From Sphyrna mokarran (lineage: Eukaryota): a stretch of 64,000 nucleotides of DNA. The translations under genes and the position numbers were made by a program. The stretch is taken from the NCBI GenBank assembly GCA_024679065.1, contig JAGIQG010000004.1, forward strand, positions 99,324,001 through 99,388,000, given 5' to 3'. The notes under the pieces are model-generated. The model searched no databases, was not told where the DNA came from, and saw only the letters and a list, made by a program, of their open reading frames with translations. This document shows positions 26,917 through 38,567 of the stretch, piece after piece. Position 1 is the stretch's first letter; every line of letters starts with the position of its first letter.

Positions 26917-27590
26917 ATATTTATGAAAAACACTGATACCCAAACAACTACTGTGGTATGTGGATATCTTGTTTACCAGCCAGGATGCTTCCATTTATGC
27001 TGTAATAAAAAGAAAGAGGAGACATCAATTTAGTGTCCACGACACTAAAAGTTCTACCATCCCTTAAGAATGGGGATTGCCTAACTTGGGATTCCTTTAC
27101 ATTCACTTCTTGTTGCAATGTTTTCATTGATACTTTGGAATGCTTTCCCTAAAATCCTCTACTTTGATACTTCTCTCACTTGCTTCAGAATTCTTCCCTT
27201 TTGAACATCAGAAATTCTTCTCCCTTATTTTTTGGTATCCTGTTCCACCACAGCACAATGCTTCAGGGTGTTTTCTTATATTTCAATATATTATAAAAAT
27301 CTAAGTTGTTGTGGTTGTGAAAAAAGTATGAAAACTCCAGAAAAAAGTTTGTTGGAATTAAAACATAAATATGAAAGAAAAAGATGGCTATGTTGGCATT
27401 ACCTTCTATTTCAGTGTAAATATGTGCTTTGTATCTAATGTTTCCCTATAATTAGCCTGAGTAAGGATCAGATAATTTAGAGAAATCATCAATTATGTCA
27501 TCTGGGTCCCATAATCACATATTTAGACTTAAAATATATCGGCTACATTATTTCTTTCAGCAATCAATGTGGCTGGTGGATCGATACATT

Positions 27591-28331
27591 GGGCCCAACT
27601 TTTACATAAAGTTGAACCCATTTTTGGGTGTGAAAATGTGGTAAAGTCAGGCATGAGGCAAGAAGTGCAATCATTGCCGACCTCTGCTCTGGTTCCTCCT
27701 TTACCAAGGTCTGAAAATGACCACGATCGGGACCACGCCTGTTTCCACTTGCATGCACTTCAATTGACTTAATGGGCTGCACGCCCAACTTTACTAGCCG
27801 TTTCCCCCTTTACCACTGCATTCGCCCATCCAGAATCAGTGTGAAACAGATATGCTCCCCAAAAATCTGATTCAGACGCTCTAGTTAATTAGGAGGTAAG
27901 TACATCTCTGGAGATTGGGGGAGGTGGTCTGCTGCCACTCTACCCGGGATCGGTGAGGGGAAAGGAGATCCGCTGCTACTCTCCCTGAGATCAATGAGGG
28001 GGAAGGGGGTGGGGGGGGAATAAGGGGATCAGTAATGTTGTGGGGATGGGGCAATGTATGTTGGGGGCAGAGGGTCATACATCTGGCCCAGGAGCAATGC
28101 GGCAGGGGAGCGGCACTTTATCCTTTTTTTTCTGCACATGTGCAGTTGGAGGTGTTAATCGGAGCTGCAGGATTTTGGGTGCAGTAAGCCTGCCCAGAGG
28201 TTTGTGCAGCGAGATTTGCAATTACTGATATTTTTTTGGGTAGAGTGCAAAGGGGGTGTCTGAGAATGGCTCTAAAAGTCAGATCTGAAACGCTCCCAGC
28301 TTCAAGTCAGTCCAGTAGTAAAATAGGGCCC
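27591..28331. mobile_element. Non-autonomous DNA transposon with TIRs and 3-bp TSD (PIF/Harbinger-like)
   Basis: Ends gggcccaacttttac and gtaaaatagggccc, flanked by ATT at 27588-27590 and 28332-28334. Confidence 0.7.
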
Positions 28332-28343
28332 ATTGTTACTGTA

Positions 28344-28750
28344 GGAGAGGTGATGGCCTAGTGGTATTATTGCTAGACAATTAATCCAGAAACTCAACTA
28401 ATGTTCTGGGGACCCAAGCTTGAATCCCGCCACAGCAGCTGGTGGAATTTGAAGTCAGTAAAAAATATCTAGAATTAAGAACCTACTGACGATCATGAAG
28501 TCATTGTCAATTGTCAGAAAAATCCATTGGGTTCATTAATGTTCTTTAGGGAAGGAAATCTGCCATCTTTACTTGGTCTGGCCTACATATGGCTCCAGGG
28601 CCACAGCAATGTGGTCGACTCTCAACTGCCCTTTGAAATGACCTAGCAAGCCACTCAGTTTCAAGGGCAGCTGGGGATGGGCAATATGTGCTGGGCAACC
28701 AATGACACTCATGCCAGTGACACCCATGTCTCTCAAATTAAGAAATAAAC
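28344..28750 (+). mobile_element. tRNA-derived SINE with tail shared with local CR1/L2-group LINE
   Basis: Head gatggcctagtggtatta...gaatccc. Tail aagggcagctggggatgggcaatatgtgctgggc..ccagtgacacccatgtc matches the LINE 3' end at 37208-37272. Confidence 0.8.
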
Positions 28751-29299
28751 TTGGCATCTAAGTGCAGTGCAGCAGCAAATATAACATCCTGGAAAACCAT
28801 TTGCATAACAATTAGTTTATGTTATTAGTTTATAACAATGCCTCTTCCTTTAAACATAAAATGCCTCTCTAGATCAATATAACTATTCCAGTCATTAACT
28901 TTTTCTTTTCTAGATCTAAAAATTAACAATTGACTTTTAAAATTAAATTGAGCACAATAGAATCTGTTAAATAATATATTAGTTACATGTAATAATTTCA
29001 ACAATTTTATGCTAATTTCTATATTATCACAGGTAGTAAAGTGATATCGCGTGATTCAGTTCTCTTATACACTTAGCACATGTTAACCCACTCCACCTGG
29101 TCTTTAGCTTTACCTGGCAATAACATGGTATCACTTAGATGACAAGAGGTTGTGTCTCCATTTTGTAGAATTGCGTTTGTGCTGTCAGTGGTGAGTTGAC
29201 ATGAGCGATATGTATGTTTCTTCTGGTGTTGTAGAACTCTTGCTTGATGCTGCTCATGCAGTATCAGTTGTTGGTGATATTGTTGATGTTGCACTGCTT

Positions 29300-31450
29300 C
29301 TTGGTGATGCTGTTAATGTTGTCTCACTAGTTTTGAGAAGCTACTGGCATTGTTCATGATCTTTTCTACTTCTCTAGCTCCAGTGTAGTTCAAATAGGAA
29401 TTCTTATTTCTTCTTGTTTGCTTATTGATTTCTGTCTTACTAATGTTTGACCTTTAGAGTCTTAGCTTCCCCAGAGGGATGAGTGGTGGGTTCCAGCTTT
29501 TCCAGCCACCTGTTGATGGGCTCAGGGAGAGATTTTCCATGTTTGTTGAAGTGTTGATATCCTTTTTACTTGTGCATCAGTGAGTTATTGGTTTTCTTTC
29601 TCCTGCTCACTTAAAGGATGTATATTGAATGGCAGAGCTGCCTTTTACTTTTCCCCATTCATCCACTCTGCAGGTGATTTCATGTGAACATTGAGAGGTG
29701 TAGATCAGTTGACAATAAAGGTGGGGTTAGGGTCTTCCTTTTGTATCTGGCATTTCCTAAGGGTTTTCTTAACCTTTCATCTCATCTTTCTACAAATCCA
29801 TGCCCTCTTGGAGAAAAGAACCCAGCAAAATCCTTAAATTCTCTGGAAATGAATTGGGTTCAGTTGTCATATATTACTCCTTCAGAAATCCCTTGCTCAG
29901 CAAACAGAAGATAATTGTTGTAGCTCTCAAGACTTTCACCTTTCGGATACAAAGGAATTTTCAGGAGGAGCTTTCAATTATCTTGATCATATGTGAACAA
30001 GCTTGACTCCCACAGTATGCCATCATCTAGGCAGTACTTCAGTCGGTACCATTTCCTCTTTGTTATATCTCTTTGTATCTCTGGCATACAGTGCATGTAA
30101 CAAAAACCATTGGATGTCTTTGTCAATGACTATCCAATACACAGCTGACCTGGCTCTCAGATCTTCTCATTTTCATGCAGCCTTCATGCATCTTCAGGCG
30201 AAGTTCTTCCTGCATCAGTTTTGGATATGATTATCTGGATCTGGCTTGCTGAACAGCATATTACAGTGAAATGTCACCTCTGGTAGATCAGTGCTGCAAT
30301 ATTGCTGATTGTGTTTGCTGTATCTTACCAGGCTCTTTCTGGATCACTTTCTGAGAGAGCATTCATTTTTGCTGGTCTTATTTTTGACTCAGTTTTAGTG
30401 GAGTTACATTCACCAGATGATGGTTCTTCTATGTCATGCTTCTCATACATTGACAATTGAGATACAGCATCTACTAGCATCATTTTTCTTCCTGGTTTGT
30501 ATTTCAGTGTAAAATTCTAATTCTGAAGCTTGAAGAGTAGCTTCTGCAGTCTTGGTGATTCACACAGATTTTTCTTGTAGAGCTGTTCCAATGGATGATG
30601 ATTAAGTTTTACGATGAACTTCTTCCCATGGAGATATGTGTGAAATTTCTCACATCTCTGTTGGCCATTCTGGACTTAAAGGATTTAGATGATGTTAGAG
30701 CTTTGGATGAAAACGTGATTGATTTTCACTCTTGTGCCAGGACAGTTCCCAATTCCTTTGTACCAACATTTACTTGCAGAGCGATAGGTTTCTCTCTGTT
30801 ATAGTCTGCCAGAATTGTCTCTAGTAGATTGTTTTCTCAAAGTCTTTGGTATGATGCTGACTACTGTTACTCAGCATCTTCTTGTATCAAGTCTCATAGA
30901 TTTACTGTGTTTTTAGACATGAATAGTAGGAAAGAACTCATTACTGGATCAAACTTACTCTTTACGGCCTCAATCTCGAAGATGACAGTGACTTTTTTAG
31001 GATAGGACTTGACCCCATCAGGTGTGCACTACATTCTGCAGAACTGGCATCTTCATGATCCTTTTGTCTGTGTTTAGCTCGATCCCAGATTTTCTGGTTA
31101 TCATCAACTATGCTGACTGCTTCTTTATGTCCTCAGTATGTCTTGATAATATTCTGCTGGAATGCATCCTGACTCACTTTAAGATCAAAAGAAAGACACA
31201 GGAATTTGTATTGTTCAAATGGTTGTTGCACACTGTCCTCATCAAGCTTCGTGTTCCAGTAGCTACTATGCATTTATTGTAACCATTTTGTTTTTGCAGG
31301 ACTTCTCAGTATTTCTCTGGCAGTAATCTGGGTTGATTTTTTTACAAATCCAATTCAAATCCATTTAAAATATTTGGGTCTTACTTATGGACATCTGATG
31401 CCATCATGTTGCGCCTTCTAATTCCCATAAGTTTGAAACAATCAAACTCA
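29300..31450 (-). mobile_element. Degenerate Ty3/Gypsy LTR-retrotransposon pol remnant
   Basis: The - strand of about 30460-30656 encodes CEKFHTYLHGKKFIVKLNHHPLEQLYKKNLCESPRLQKLLFKLQN*NFTLKYKPGRKMMLVDAVSQL, a Gypsy RNase H. GVKSYPKKV at about 31000 resembles GVKPDPEKV. Boundaries are approximate and no LTR was recognised. Confidence 0.8.
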
Positions 31451-31741
31451 AAATGCTTCATCAAGTGTTTTTCTTACAGCTTTTCACATGGCTGATGGAC
31501 TGGTGTATTATAGCTCCTGATTTCAGTGCGGCAATGGGATGCACATGTGCACATATGCGTGATTTCTACACAAATAATGCGATGTAATTTAAAAATGGTA
31601 GTATTAATAAACCAAGGATATCTCCTCTAAGAAAACCTATAGAACTTTTCAGAGAGATACAAGGAGCTGGATAGACTTCTAGAACATCTCAGTTCTGGTC
31701 TACGTTCTTCCGTGCAGTTGCTATGTTGCAGTCAATTAATA

Positions 31742-31945
31742 GGGGGAATTCCCTGGCCATTTGCATATGAAAGATTCTCCAGTCCTCCTAGCAGTGCACC
31801 CCTGCCCACAGGTTTCACAGCAGCATGAAGTGACATCAATGAGAAATCCCACTGACTGCGCAGGGACCAGAGAATCCTATCATGCCAGTGAACAGCATGC
31901 CATCTCCCATCACCAAGAAACACGCAGCTGGAAGGCCAGAGAGTG
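31742..31945. mobile_element. Harbinger-like MITE
   Basis: Ends gggggaattccctggcc and ggccagagagt, with internal gattctcc/gagaatc inverted motifs. Confidence 0.5.
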
Positions 31946-33061
31946 GCTTTAAAGATTTTTACTAGAATTCAAATGATAAGGAAAGGAAGTGGAGACTGTG
32001 GAGGAGAGGTTTGGTTGGAGCACACCACTTGAGCAATGACTTCTTGAAGAATGGACCAAGGAGTAAAAATAATTCAATAATGTTTCTGACTTTCAATAGT
32101 GTTATGGATACAGTAGATGAAGGGGTGGAAGAATAAGGGAGAATCAATAGTGATAGGAAGAGTTGGTGGATTAATTGGGCAACAGAGAAGAAAAACTGAT
32201 TCCACAGCAACATGCTATTATCATTGCATTAAAACCTGTGTCCACCCATACCCACCAGCTTTGTCAAACCTCAAATTAACTAACATCGCAAAGGAACGAA
32301 AATGTGAATGTTTAAAAGATTAAATTTTATAAACAAAAAGGCATCTCAAAAAGAAACTATTTTCAAATAATCAGTGCAAGAGAAGGCTACTCAATGAATA
32401 CTGAAATGGGAGACTTTGTGCATTTAAAAACAACATCTTTGCAGTTTAAAAACAATAAATTCTATTTCCTTTTGGGTGTATGCTGGTTGTAAAAAGGCCT
32501 GGGGAGCCAATCCAAGAACACAGCTGTAAAGGCTGGTGAACTAATTGCTTTTCCTTCCGCTGCCTCATTCATCTTCATTCTTCACCAGTTACAGAAAATT
32601 ATCAATATTCTCAGTTGTATTTCATCCGTAATCCCTTTTTTGTGCAGCATTAGGCACTGCCAGATGATTCCTTGGCAGGAGTCAGGGTGAAGAGCCATGA
32701 AATGCCACTCATGGCAGATGGCACTGTTCAGAAGAAATATGACAAACACATGCAATTTGTTAGCGAACTCTGGTATTACTAGTCACGTGAGCTGTCATAA
32801 TCACCCGAGTGGCTTTATGCTACGCGAACACGGAAAGCCAGATTCTCCAGTAAGAATAGTTTATCACAAAAACCCTGATTAAAATAGTCCCACCTATTCG
32901 GATACTTGTTGCCAATTGCACCATTTATTGCAAGATGTGGACTCTTCTTTATGACCCCTTCATCGGTGAAGAATTGTATTGTTTACCCACTTCAATCTAT
33001 CCCCTGTGCCCCATGAGAAAAAGATACCTTGTGACAGAACAGCCACTTAACTTCTTTAAAA

Positions 33062-33895
33062 ATTCTTTCTTGGTATGTGGCAAGACCAGTATTAATTGCC
33101 ATTCCTTAATTGCTTTTGAGAAAGTGGTGGTGAGCTGCCATCATAAACCACTGTTGTCCATAAGTGTGTAGGTAAGTACACAGTGCTATCAGCAAGGGAG
33201 TTCCAGGATTTTGATCCAGTGAAGGTTCGGGGAGATAGTTCCAATTTAGCATGGTGTGTGGCATGGAGTGAAACTTGCAGTTGGGGTTGTTTCCCAAATC
33301 TGCTGCCCTTGTCCTTCCAGGGGGCATGGGTTGCCGGTTCAGAAAGTGTTATCTGTTGAAGGAAACTTGGTGGGTTGCTGTAGTGCATCTTGTACATGGT
33401 AGACATTGCTGCATTGGTGGTGGAAAGGTGAATATTTGTGGATGAGGTGTCAATCAAGTGGACTACTTTGTTCTGGATGATGGAAAGCTTTTTGAGTGTT
33501 GGTGTTGCGTTCATCCAGGCAAATGGCAAGTATTTCTTCACAATCCTGATTTATGCCTTATAAGTGGTGGACAGACTTTGGGAAGTCATGAGGTGAATCA
33601 CTCGGCTAAATTCTCAGCTTCTGATCTGCGTTTGTAGCCACAATATTTATATGTTTGGTCCTATGGTAACTCCTTTGGGATCTTGTAATGGGAGAATTAA
33701 GTGATGGAAATGCCATTGAAGGTCATGGGGATGATTAGATTTTTTTTGTTGGAGATGGTCATTGCCTGGCAGTTGTATGGTATGAATGAAATCTACCATT
33801 TAATCAGCCTAAGCATAAATATTGTCCAGGTTTTGCTGCATATGAATAAGAACTACTTCAGTATTTGAGGAATTATGAAATGCTGAAAATTGTCA
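33062..33895 (-). mobile_element. CR1/L2-group LINE 3' fragment
   Basis: ORF remnant KYLPFAWMNATPTLKKLSIIQNKVVHLIDTSSTNIH...MYKMHY...KSWNSL. Same family as 36505-37278. Confidence 0.85.
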
Positions 33896-35310
33896 AATGC
33901 AGTCAGTGCATAAGGAGGTGTTTATCAGTCTCTGAGTGTGTTACCATACTAATTGCTTTTGCACAGTTGTTTGGTGAATCTTTGGAAGTAGCCTTGCGAA
34001 GGATATTTTCACAGGTTTGATAATGACTAAGAGGCAATTCTTCAGCATATCTATTGGCTGTGTGGATAAAGCAGTTACAGAACGAGTAGTAAAAAGCTCG
34101 ACGATAGGGAAAGATTTCTCATGTAATATTGGAGAACCATTTTCCTTTTAAACAATAGGCTACAATATCAGTGAATGTCAGCACTAGACTTTTAATGGTT
34201 TTTTTCTGTGAGAAGGAAGTTACACATTAATCAGACTTTAAGGTGTACGCCAGTAAAAATCTGACAATTTCTTAGCACGGTGCACATCGCTGCCTGAAAG
34301 TAATTCCATGGGTTCCGTACAATTTCCTCAGGAGAACATAACTTTCCATTTAATAAACTGCACATAATACAGGTACATTTCAATTCTATTGCATTATACC
34401 ATGCATCACACAATAGTTGAGAAAGATGTGTACTGACAATGGGCACCATCACAGGAACACCAGGCTGCCGCTTGTAAATGATGAGTTGCTGAAGGGAAAT
34501 GACAATAATTGCATTTGATTACCTTGGCTCGCAGTAAGGTTATGTTTCTGAACTCAATAACATAAGCCCTTGCCTCGGCAGCAATTTATATCTGACCAAT
34601 ATTTCGATATCGAGCACTTGGTCACATAAGCCAATGGAGTGTTGCGGTGTCAGTTCAGCTTGATGCAAATGCTTTTATTGCAAGTGAGTTGGAGCCCGCG
34701 AGAGTAAGAGTTACACCTGAAGCCCTCCGGGCAGGAACAGATTTGTTTGGATTTCCAAAAGCATACATGCACGCCAGGCAAAATGGAAGACCACATTCTT
34801 GCGTGGGAGGAAGGGCAGCTTTGTTTGCAAGATGAACAGCTACAATTCACTTTCTATGTTTATATGTCCCAAGGAAACTACATGTTTATGTTGTGAGATC
34901 CATAAAACTTACCATTTTTATAAAGACATGTGCTGAGATTTATGGGACAGGCCCAATATAAACACTTAAATCCTATTTTGTACCCATAAAATGTTATTAA
35001 AAGCAATAAAAAAGGCATATATCTTACTGCATTCTATAAATGAATATAAGTATTGTATAGTTATGCATTCAGTTTCTGAGAAAGGGCATCTTGCAGCTAA
35101 TGTTGTGCTTTAATCCATGGAAATTTTCAGTAATTTTCAATGTAATACATTTAATATTTGCCTTCAATTATATAATTCCCACAAATTTCTTCATAAAACT
35201 CACTGTTGCTTAATGAACATGATATTCGGCACAATAAGCTTAGCTCCAAGTATGATGCTACATCATTTGGGCAGGTTTGACAGTAGATATAAAGCTAACA
35301 GTACTAACTG

Positions 35311-35873
35311 TTACTCACTAGAGTTTAGAATGAGAGGAGACCTTATTGAGACATATAAGATTCTGAGGGGGCTTAACAGGGAAAATGCTGAGAGACTGTT
35401 TCCACTTGTGGGAGAGTCTAGCACCAAAGGGCATAATTTCAGGGTAAAGGGTTGCCTATTTAAGATGAGAAGGAATTTCTTCTGTCAAAGTGTGGTGAAT
35501 CTGTGGAATTCTTTCGTGGTTTGTGAAAAGAAATCCCACTCACTTGACGAAGAAGCAGCGCTCTGAAAGCTAGTGGTGTTTGCTACCAAATAAACCTTTT
35601 GGAGTTTAACCTGGTGTTGTAAGACTTCTTACTGTGTTTAACCGAGTCCAATGCTGGCATCTCCACATCATGAATTCTTTACCACACAGAGGGCAGTTGA
35701 GGCTGCATTATTAGGAATGTTCAAGGCTGAGATGGACAGATTTTTAAGTAGCAAGGGTTTTTTGGGGATACGTTGGGAAAGTGGAGTTGAGGATTATCAA
35801 ATCGGATCTCACTAAATGGCAGAGCAGATTTGTTGGGCCCTTCGGCCTATTTCTATTCCTGTGTCTTGTGGTC
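35311..35873 (+). mobile_element. CR1 LINE 3' end, interrupted by Penelope-like insertion
   Basis: Encodes YSLEFRMRGDLIETYKILRGL..ERLFPLVGES.TKGHNFRVKG..RRNFFCQSVVNLWNS. Tail is attcctgtgtcttgtggtc. Confidence 0.9.
35515..35671 (+). mobile_element. Penelope-like 3' fragment with hammerhead motif, flanked by 9-bp direct repeat
   Basis: Direct repeat gaattcttt at 35506-35514 and 35672-35680. Motif cac-ttgacga-agaagcagcgctct-gaaa-gcta-gtg, then aataaac...ctggtgttgtaagacttcttactgtg...gtccaatgctggcatctccacatcat. Confidence 0.75.
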
Positions 35874-36022
35874 TGTTAACTATTAGAAAAAAAACATATA
35901 ACTTCCATTATTAAACATGGAAATGTGAAAGTTACTGTTGGAGATGAACTGCTTCAGATACCAGTACCTCACTCAGACAATCATTACTGAAATGCATTGA
36001 CTGATGTAAATTTGATATACGT

Positions 36023-36062
36023 ACCTGATGTACACTAAACCTGATGTACACTAAACCTGATG
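36023..36062. repeat. 16-bp tandem repeat, 2.5 copies
   Basis: acctgatgtacactaa acctgatgtacactaa acctgatg. Confidence 0.9.
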
Positions 36063-36504
36063 AAGGAGATGATGGTTTGTATCTTGGGCAGGCAGCATTT
36101 GGCGTGACTGAGCACACTCAAGATGATGATACTTTCCTGCTTTACGGCCCTTTTAAACTTAAAGATGACCCTCATCTTACTATGGCATGAATGGCAAGCT
36201 GTTGCTGACATGAATCTTTTGCTTCGTGTTTCCAACTCCCTTCCCTCATACCAGCCTTCCCTTTCTAAGTTCCTGCTTTCAGACCAACCAAGAAATGCTG
36301 TCTGCCAAACTCCAAGAGGAGGAGAGCGCAACGGCACAGCATTGATAAAAGGATCCTGTCACCAGATCCACCGCTTGCAACCAGCAGCTCAGATACTGGC
36401 TTCCTATACCCTGGAGGCCGTCAGCATGTAATGAGGCACCAGACATAGTCGACCTGCAGCCAGGACAAAAATAAAATATAGTTTGTTTTCGAGCTCATTG
36501 GAAG

Positions 36505-37278
36505 CTGAGGAGACAAGTGGCAAGTAACATGCACGCCACACAAATGCCAGGCAATGACCATCACCAACAAAGGGGCAATCTAACCACCACCCTTTGACAT
36601 TCAATGGTATTACTATCACTGAATCACTGTCAACAGCTTTGGGGTTACCATTGACCAGAACTGGACTTGGCACATAAACATAATGGCTACAAGTGCATGT
36701 AAGTAAATCATTTCCTGAATCTCCAAAGCCTAACCACCATCTACAAGGCACAACTCAGGAGTGTGATGGAGTACACTCCAATTGCCTGGATGGATGCAGC
36801 TCCAACAGCACAAGAAGTTTGACACCATTCAGGAAAAAGTAGCCCGCTTGATTGGCACTACATCTCCAAACATCCACTCCCTCTACCACCGAAGCTCAGT
36901 AGCAGCAGTGGAGTTGAGGGTTATCATTTCTACAAGATGCACTGCACAAATTAACCAGCACTCCTCAGACAGCATCTTCTAAACCCATGATCACTTCCAA
37001 AGGAGGACAAGGGCAGCAGATACATGGGAACCCCACCACTTGAAAGTTCTTCTCCAGCCACTCACCATCCTGACTAGGAAATATATGATCGTTCCTTCAT
37101 GGTCGCTGGGTCAAAATCCTGGCATTCCCTTCCTCATAGTATTGTGGGTCAACATACAGCAAATGAATTGCAGCGATTCAAGAAGGAAGCTCACCACCAC
37201 CTTCTCAAAGGCAACTAGGGATAGGCAAGAATTGTTGGCCAGCCAGTGAAGCCAATGTCCCATGAATGAATAAGGAAA
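36505..37278 (+). mobile_element. CR1/L2-group LINE 3' fragment
   Basis: Encodes TIYKAQLRSVMEYTPIAWMDAAPT then, frameshifted, KKFDTIQEKVARLIGTTSPNIHSLYHRSSVAAV. The 3' end is ggcaactagggataggcaag...tcccatgaatgaataa. Confidence 0.85.
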
Positions 37279-38418
37279 ATCAGGTAGTGCTGAAAAGGAC
37301 TCTGATGATGAGCATAGAAGAGGGCAGTGAGCGTGCACATCAAGATATTGACTGGCTTATCAGTCAGCCCACTATTCAAGAGCATGGAGGAGTATAGCAC
37401 AAATCTTCCCCACTTTGCCTTTCTTCATTTACCTATTTTGCAAATACAGAATCAGGCACTGCCTCTCCCCACCCGTTGCAGCCTGTGTGTGGACAGATCC
37501 TCCAGCACCCTTGGGAAGAGACAGTAACACTCTGGTACCAAACACCTCCAAAAGCATTCCCAACTATTTTAAAACATTTTCTAATTGAAAATGTTCCATA
37601 AATTTAACTCATTCAACAACGTAGGTGCCTGGTCCTACTGCAGGGCCCATCTTTCTGCGCCATGTTCCTTTTAAGGACTGGACAATGCAAGCATTGCCAG
37701 GACCTCTGTTCGCCAAATTTGGAATCTTGGCATTGGGTTAGCTGGTTGGGCAGTTTAACATCAGGGTAGTGCCAATTCAGTATGTTCATGCAAGGCACCC
37801 AGCTACACACAACCATCTCATTGACAAATTCCACGTGGGTCACACAGCTCATGGTGCTGCCTACTCACTTGGAAACAAGGTAAACCTACATCATTTTATA
37901 ACACCATGCCAATGAACTTTGTACATGCCATCTTTTAATCGTTTCTGCATTGCTCCAGCTTTGTGAACTAGAACAGGATCCTTCCAGTAAAATAACTAAA
38001 AAATACATCTTCATTACTTTCAGGTTACCTTGACCTGAGATTGTGGTTAATTTTTATTTGGGAAACTGTAAAATTGAAGAATTTTTCAAATGAAAAGCAA
38101 ACATTAGAAATTCACACAGGTTATGTTAAAATGATTTGCATTTTCTACTACTGTACTCATCGGCGAATTAATTGTTTTTTCTGTTCATTTTTATTGAAAT
38201 GGAAATTCTTCAATCTTACTTGCTTAGCTTTACCTAACAGGAAATACGCTTTGGATTAGATTTTGTTGTAGCAAAAATCTAATGGCTGAATAATCTAATA
38301 TCTAATGGCATCTGTCTTGAGTTAAGTCTGTGTCTACACCCTTCATCCCGAAAGATACACTTGCCCACACTGCAAGTGTGAACTGTTAACATTGTAGGAG
38401 GGAAACCAGACATCTGAG

Positions 38419-38522
38419 ATGGAATCTTCTATCATAACGGGCAGAGGCGGACCATGCAAAAGTCCATTGATTTCGGGTGGGAATTTCCAGCTGTGGGCGG
38501 CTGTGACTGGAAAATCCCATCC
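38419..38522. mobile_element. MITE, inverted relative of 4521-4646
   Basis: Ends tggaatcttct and ctggaaaatcccatcc. Confidence 0.5.
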
Positions 38523-38567
38523 CTGGAGTCTGGATGAACAGGGTCACCTAAAATGGTGTCTCCTTAA

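Noticed and set aside
33092-33541. 149-aa - strand ORF
   Set aside because: It is a decayed LINE ORF2 C-terminus.
35117-35566. 149-aa ORF as a host gene
   Set aside because: It is a chance read-through from intron sequence into a CR1 ORF2 remnant and the Penelope-like insert.
36023-36066. ctgatga at the end of the 16-bp tandem repeat as a hammerhead, or the repeat as CRISPR-like
   Set aside because: No stem II or GAAA box follows, there are no spacers, and the context is eukaryotic.
36283-36345. Good-looking acceptor (ttcctgctttcag) followed by TNQEMLSAKLQEEESATAQH*
   Set aside because: No DACH homology, an early stop in that frame and no convincing donor.
37620-37860. Possible LF-SINE-like relic on the - strand
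   Set aside because: Only short patches (gtgccaatt, attccacgtgggtcac) resemble my recalled consensus, which is insufficient without an HMM search.
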